Of a stretch of 1,260 nt of DNA, positions 1-1,260 are shown piece by piece. Position 1 is the first letter of the stretch; each line of letters opens with the position of its first letter. Made by a program: the position numbers and the translations under genes. Source of the DNA: Naegleria gruberi (Eukaryota); assembly GCA_000004985.1 (NCBI GenBank), contig GG739469.1; one strand, written 5' to 3'. The notes beneath the pieces were generated by a model. The model was not told the origin of the DNA. It made no database searches and saw only the letters and a list, made by a program, of their open reading frames with translations.

Positions 1-183
1 AAATTGATCACAGGAACGCAAAACATCATTCACTTCATTTCCTTCAATGAATTCTACATTTGTATTATTATCAATAGAAAGATTAATTTGAACAAGATCG
101 TGCTGGGACAATGACAATATTGATTTTTGAATGGCCGAGCGAATAGATGGCAATTTGTGAAAGAACAGATCGTTTTGATTCAT
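1..183 (-). CDS. N-terminal fragment of a hypothetical protein (5' partial within window; continues beyond the left edge)
   Basis: I reverse-complemented 183..1 by hand. It reads ATG AAT CAA AAC GAT CTG TTC TTT CAC AAA TTG CCA ..., giving MNQNDLFFHKLPSIRSAIQKSILSLSQHDLVQINLSIDNNTNVEFIEGNEVNDVLRSCDQF (61 codons, no stop, open to position 1). The ATG at 183..181 is the first ATG after an in-frame TGA at 231..229. Its context is aacataaaaaaaATG, A-rich as is typical for nematode starts. The composition is mixed hydrophilic and protein-like, and the codon choices (GGA, CCA, CGT, GAA, ATT, CAA) fit an AT-rich eukaryote. I do not recognise a family. The LP..I..IL.L...DL pattern is only a vague F-box-like hint. 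The supplied ORF track appears to list only ORFs complete within the window, which would explain why this one is missing. Confidence 0.45.
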   Translation of the reverse strand, partial: MNQNDLFFHKLPSIRSAIQKSILSLSQHDLVQINLSIDNNTNVEFIEGNEVNDVLRSCDQF

Positions 184-364
184 TTTTTTTATGTTGTAAT
201 GGAAACTAGTTTCTTCTAACTTGAAATTTCACCTCCCATCCCAACAATAATAACCTTTGATCCAGTTTATATTAAGGGAGAAGGCTTTCCAATAAAAATT
301 TGAAAATACTAAACATTGTGAAGAAGAACAAATAACTCAAAGCAAGAACAAAAAATTGTGCAAA
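184..364. promoter_or_regulatory. Putative divergent intergenic/promoter spacer between the minus-strand ATG (183) and the plus-strand ATG (365)
   Basis: No credible ORF lies in this stretch. It holds a T8 run at 183-190 and a TATA-like TATATTAA at 268-275, about 90 bp upstream of ATG 365. CCAAT is at 289-293 and the 14-mer ATAAAAATTTGAAA at 292-305. AAGAACAAA occurs twice, at 324-332 and 344-352. A function as promoter is inferred, not shown. Confidence 0.3.
292..305. repeat. ATAAAAATTTGAAA 14-mer, copy 1
   Basis: Exact 14-bp direct repeat of 1132-1145. Each copy lies 76-100 bp upstream of a GGCGCCAAAA copy, in the same order and orientation. Confidence 0.4.
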
Positions 365-377
365 ATGGCGCCAAAAG
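365..377 (+). CDS. Candidate 13-nt first coding exon (ATG GCG CCA AAA G, M-A-P-K) ending at a canonical splice donor
   Basis: The start context is gcaaaATGg. AAG|GTAAAAcc at 375-384 is a good match to the AG|GTAAGT donor consensus. The exon overlaps the GGCGCCAAAA decamer. If it is not spliced, the ORF reads MAPKGKTARYLFKVSLPFSSFIFVTKNDKIFA* (30 aa, stop TGA at 455-457), which is not convincing either. Confidence 0.22.
368..377. repeat. GGCGCCAAAA decamer, copy 1 (minus strand TTTTGGCGCC = E2F-type TTTSGCGC consensus)
   Basis: This is an exact 10-mer, repeated at 1232-1241, and is the only strongly GC-rich decamer shared across the window. Copy 1 overlaps ATG 365 and copy 2 lies 6 nt after ATG 1224. 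Confidence 0.5.
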
Positions 378-474
378 GTAAAACCGCACGTTATCTATTT
401 AAAGTATCCCTTCCATTTTCAAGCTTCATTTTTGTGACGAAAAACGATAAAATTTTCGCTTGATTTTTTTCCAG
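378..474 (+). other. Candidate 97-nt intron (GTAAAA ... tttttttccag), nematode-type acceptor
   Basis: The donor GT is at 378-379. The acceptor tgatttttttccAG ends at 474, a T7 tract plus CAG that matches the TTTTCAG-type 3' splice consensus of Caenorhabditis-like genomes. The interval is AT-rich and contains a TATTTAAA-like element at 394-402. Confidence 0.25.
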
Positions 475-572
475 CCCCGAGCTTGCAAAGTGAGAGGACG
501 GCTTCTAATTTACTTTCTATTTCGATGCCTCAGTCTTACGCTTGTCCACCAGCTACAAACCTTTTTCAATAG
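475..572 (+). CDS. Candidate second exon of a micro-ORF; phase-1 continuation reads APSLQSERTASNLLSISMPQSYACPPATNLFQ* (stop TAG 570-572)
   Basis: This is the most GC-rich stretch of the window (475-560, about 45%). It is in frame with exon 365-377 (G + CC = GCC) and gives a 37-aa product MAPKAPSLQSERTASNLLSISMPQSYACPPATNLFQ. The peptide is not recognisable and has no clear domain. An alternative internal donor AAA|GTGAGA at 490-491 would end the exon at 489. AATAAA follows 12 nt after the stop, at 584-589. Confidence 0.15.
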
Positions 573-583
573 CAAACTTGAAC

Positions 584-589
584 AATAAA
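584..589 (+). terminator. AATAAA polyadenylation-signal-like hexamer, followed by an A-rich tract (596-602)
   Basis: The exact AATAAA lies 12 nt downstream of the candidate TAG at 570-572. Such hexamers occur often by chance in AT-rich DNA. A second one at 291-296 lies upstream of ATG 365 and is probably not functional. Confidence 0.15.
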
Positions 590-754
590 CAGAAGAAAAA
601 AACTCAATATTATCCAATGATGTTGTGATAAAGCAATTTATTGTTAGTTTTTGTTTTCATGAAGTAATAATAAGTTATTGCTCTAAATTGTTTTCTTGCT
701 TACTACCACCATCACGAATATTTTTTATTGTTGTGATGATCGAATTAGAAGTTG

Positions 755-835
755 AAATGGAAGCTGTCCTCCCGGCACTTTGCCAGCTAGCCGGTGGAAA
801 AAATTCTGATGGTGAAAAGTGGACAAAAAGTCTCC
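755..835. other. Local GC-rich island in AT-rich background containing a short inverted repeat (CCGGC 772-776 / GCCGG 790-794) and a GCTAGC palindrome (786-791)
   Basis: My count gives about 45% G+C here against about 30% in the flanks. The island overlaps the only protein-like half of track ORF 625..882 (…EAVLPALCQLAGGKNSDGEKWTKSLQRFWKGYF). It could be an exon fragment or a regulatory or structured element, and I cannot decide which from sequence alone. Confidence 0.2.
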
Positions 836-921
836 AGCGATTTTGGAAGGGATACTTTAGAATCAATTCAAATTCCAATTAAAAGTTACAATAAGAATGT
901 TTTAAGAGAAAAGGACAATTT

Positions 922-953
922 ATTGAGGATTGAAAGGAATTTGATTGAGGGAT
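922..953. repeat. Imperfect direct repeat ATTGAGGAT / ATTGAGGGAT about 22 bp apart, with additional ATTGA cores
   Basis: ATTGAGGAT is at 922-930 and ATTGAGGGAT at 944-953. ATTGA also occurs at 929-933, and GATTGA at 943-948. Confidence 0.35.
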
Positions 954-1047
954 TTTTTGTTCAAGGTAGATTCCAAGTGTTTTCATCTTTGAAATAATTG
1001 GCATAATTCACCTAACAATTTTGTAAAGAAGACACGTTTGTTGAATG

Positions 1048-1064
1048 GATTGATTGGTTGGTTG
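1048..1064. repeat. Short microsatellite-like run GATT GATT GGTT GGTT G
   Basis: Read directly: ggATTGATTGGTTGGTTGtaatag. It contains ATTGG, the reverse complement of CCAAT. Confidence 0.4.
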
Positions 1065-1131
1065 TAATAGAATTGAATTTGATGGTCTGAAACACAAGCA
1101 AAGACACAACAAAATCTTTCTAAATTAGTGG

Positions 1132-1145
1132 ATAAAAATTTGAAA
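1132..1145. repeat. ATAAAAATTTGAAA 14-mer, copy 2
   Basis: Exact repeat of 292-305. Confidence 0.4.
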
Positions 1146-1201
1146 GAAATTGGAGACTATTATGTTGTATTTGACCAATATTTAACATAGGACAATTAAG
1201 G

Positions 1202-1219
1202 AACCTATCAAACCTATCA
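1202..1219. repeat. Tandem duplication AACCTATCA x2
   Basis: Two perfect 9-bp units occupy 1202-1210 and 1211-1219, ending 4 nt before ATG 1224. Confidence 0.5.
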
Positions 1220-1223
1220 ACAC

Positions 1224-1260
1224 ATGATGTCGGCGCCAAAAAGCAAACAGAAAAAAACCG
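1224..1260 (+). CDS. Possible 5' end of a plus-strand gene: ATG ATG TCG GCG CCA AAA AGC AAA CAG AAA AAA ACC (M M S A P K S K Q K K T...), 3' partial
   Basis: The frame is open to the window end, but only 12 codons are visible. It shares the GGCGCCAAAA decamer, and therefore the -APK- tripeptide, with the ATG at 365. The basic Lys-rich continuation looks like a nuclear or ribosomal-type N-terminus, but it is far too short to call. Confidence 0.2.
   Translation, partial: MMSAPKSKQKKT
1232..1241. repeat. GGCGCCAAAA decamer, copy 2 (minus strand CTTTTTGGCGCCGA contains TTTGGCGCC)
   Basis: Exact repeat of 368-377, in the same orientation. Confidence 0.5.

Noticed and set aside
1-114. Plus-strand open frame running in from the left edge to TGA 112-114
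   Set aside because: It uses the same codon register as the minus-strand ORF, so it is a classic antisense shadow frame. The peptide is hydrophobic and low-complexity, whereas the minus-strand frame has an ATG in strong context preceded by an in-frame stop.
362-377. Apparent palindrome around GGCGCC (AAAATGGCGCCAAAAG)
   Set aside because: Only the GGCGCC core is self-complementary. The flanks are A-rich on both sides rather than complementary, so this is not a true inverted repeat or hairpin.
755-800. GC cluster interpreted as yeast-mitochondrial-type GC cluster or a tRNA
   Set aside because: Overall G+C of about 33% is far too high for yeast mtDNA. There is no cloverleaf, T-loop (GTTCRA) or anticodon-arm geometry. 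No other tRNA or rRNA signatures occur anywhere in the window.
675-878. Track ORF - 67 aa (MEFELILKYPFQNRWRLFVHFSPSEFF…)
   Set aside because: This is the antisense shadow of the same GC island. It is short, has no homology I recognise, and nothing upstream supports a start.
625-882. Track ORF + 85 aa (MIKQFIVSFCFHEVIISYCSKLF…)
   Set aside because: The first half is hydrophobic, low-complexity and driven by AT codons (F/I/V/S/C runs). There is no sensible start context and no recognisable domain. It overlaps an opposite-strand ORF of similar quality. Only the GC-island portion looks protein-like, and that is treated separately as a possible exon fragment.
794-997. Track ORF + 67 aa (MEKILMVKSGQKVSSDFGRDTLESIQIPIKSYNKNVLREKDNLLRIERNLIEGFFVQGRFQVFSSLK)
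   Set aside because: It is 67 aa in a region of ATTGA repeats with no recognisable family, and it overlaps the previous ORF's frame. It could be an exon in reality, but I cannot support that from sequence alone.
1084-1096. Minus-strand GTGTTTCAGA, resembling the piRNA (21U) upstream Ruby motif NNGTTTCA
   Set aside because: This is a single weak match. Genuine 21U clusters show many tandem motifs at 40-bp offset from a U-start, and that pattern is absent here.
1231-1258. Resemblance of GCGCCAAAAAG…CAGAAAAAAACC to a Tc1/mariner-type terminal inverted repeat (which, as I recall, contains GGCCAAAAAG)
   Set aside because: Only about 9 bp match. I found no partner inverted repeat elsewhere in the window and no flanking TA duplication I can verify, and I am recalling the Tc1 end from memory. 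The evidence is insufficient.
1-1260. CRISPR array, prokaryotic operon, defence-island-like organisation
   Set aside because: I found no regularly spaced direct repeats of 24-48 bp, no RBS-coupled ORFs and no dense coding. The longest exact repeats are 14 bp and 10 bp and occur twice only.

Overview
This 1260-bp window is AT-rich, about 33% G+C by my hand count, with a few short GC-enriched islands at roughly 361-560, 755-835 and 1225-1245. It does not look prokaryotic. About 1 kb (184-1260) has no convincing long ORF, and the three ORFs in the supplied track are low-complexity and AT-codon driven. There are no rRNA, tRNA or CRISPR features and no operon-like packing. The signals that are present look eukaryotic and specifically nematode-like: A-rich context before ATGs (aaaATG, aaaaaaaATG), a GTAAAA donor, a tttttttccag acceptor, AATAAA motifs and TATA-like elements. 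The organism call is an inference from these signals only. The best-supported feature is a partial minus-strand ORF (183..1, 61 codons running off the left edge) with a first-in-frame ATG in strong A-rich context. A roughly 180-bp divergent promoter-like spacer follows at 184-364. The most interesting non-coding observation is a duplicated two-part module. A 14-mer ATAAAAATTTGAAA sits 70-100 bp upstream of a 10-mer GGCGCCAAAA, and the 10-mer sits on or next to an ATG, at 292-305/368-377 and again at 1132-1145/1232-1241. On the minus strand the 10-mer reads TTTTGGCGCC, a full match to the E2F-type TTTSGCGC consensus. Read as coding instead, the two copies give similar N-termini, M-A-P-K and M-M-S-A-P-K. 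A compact two-exon micro-gene model at 365-572 has consistent splice, stop and poly(A) signals, but the peptide is unconvincing. I see no evidence for a novel prokaryotic-style system here. The findings are cis-regulatory and gene-structure hypotheses that need homology, RNA-seq or motif-enrichment checks.
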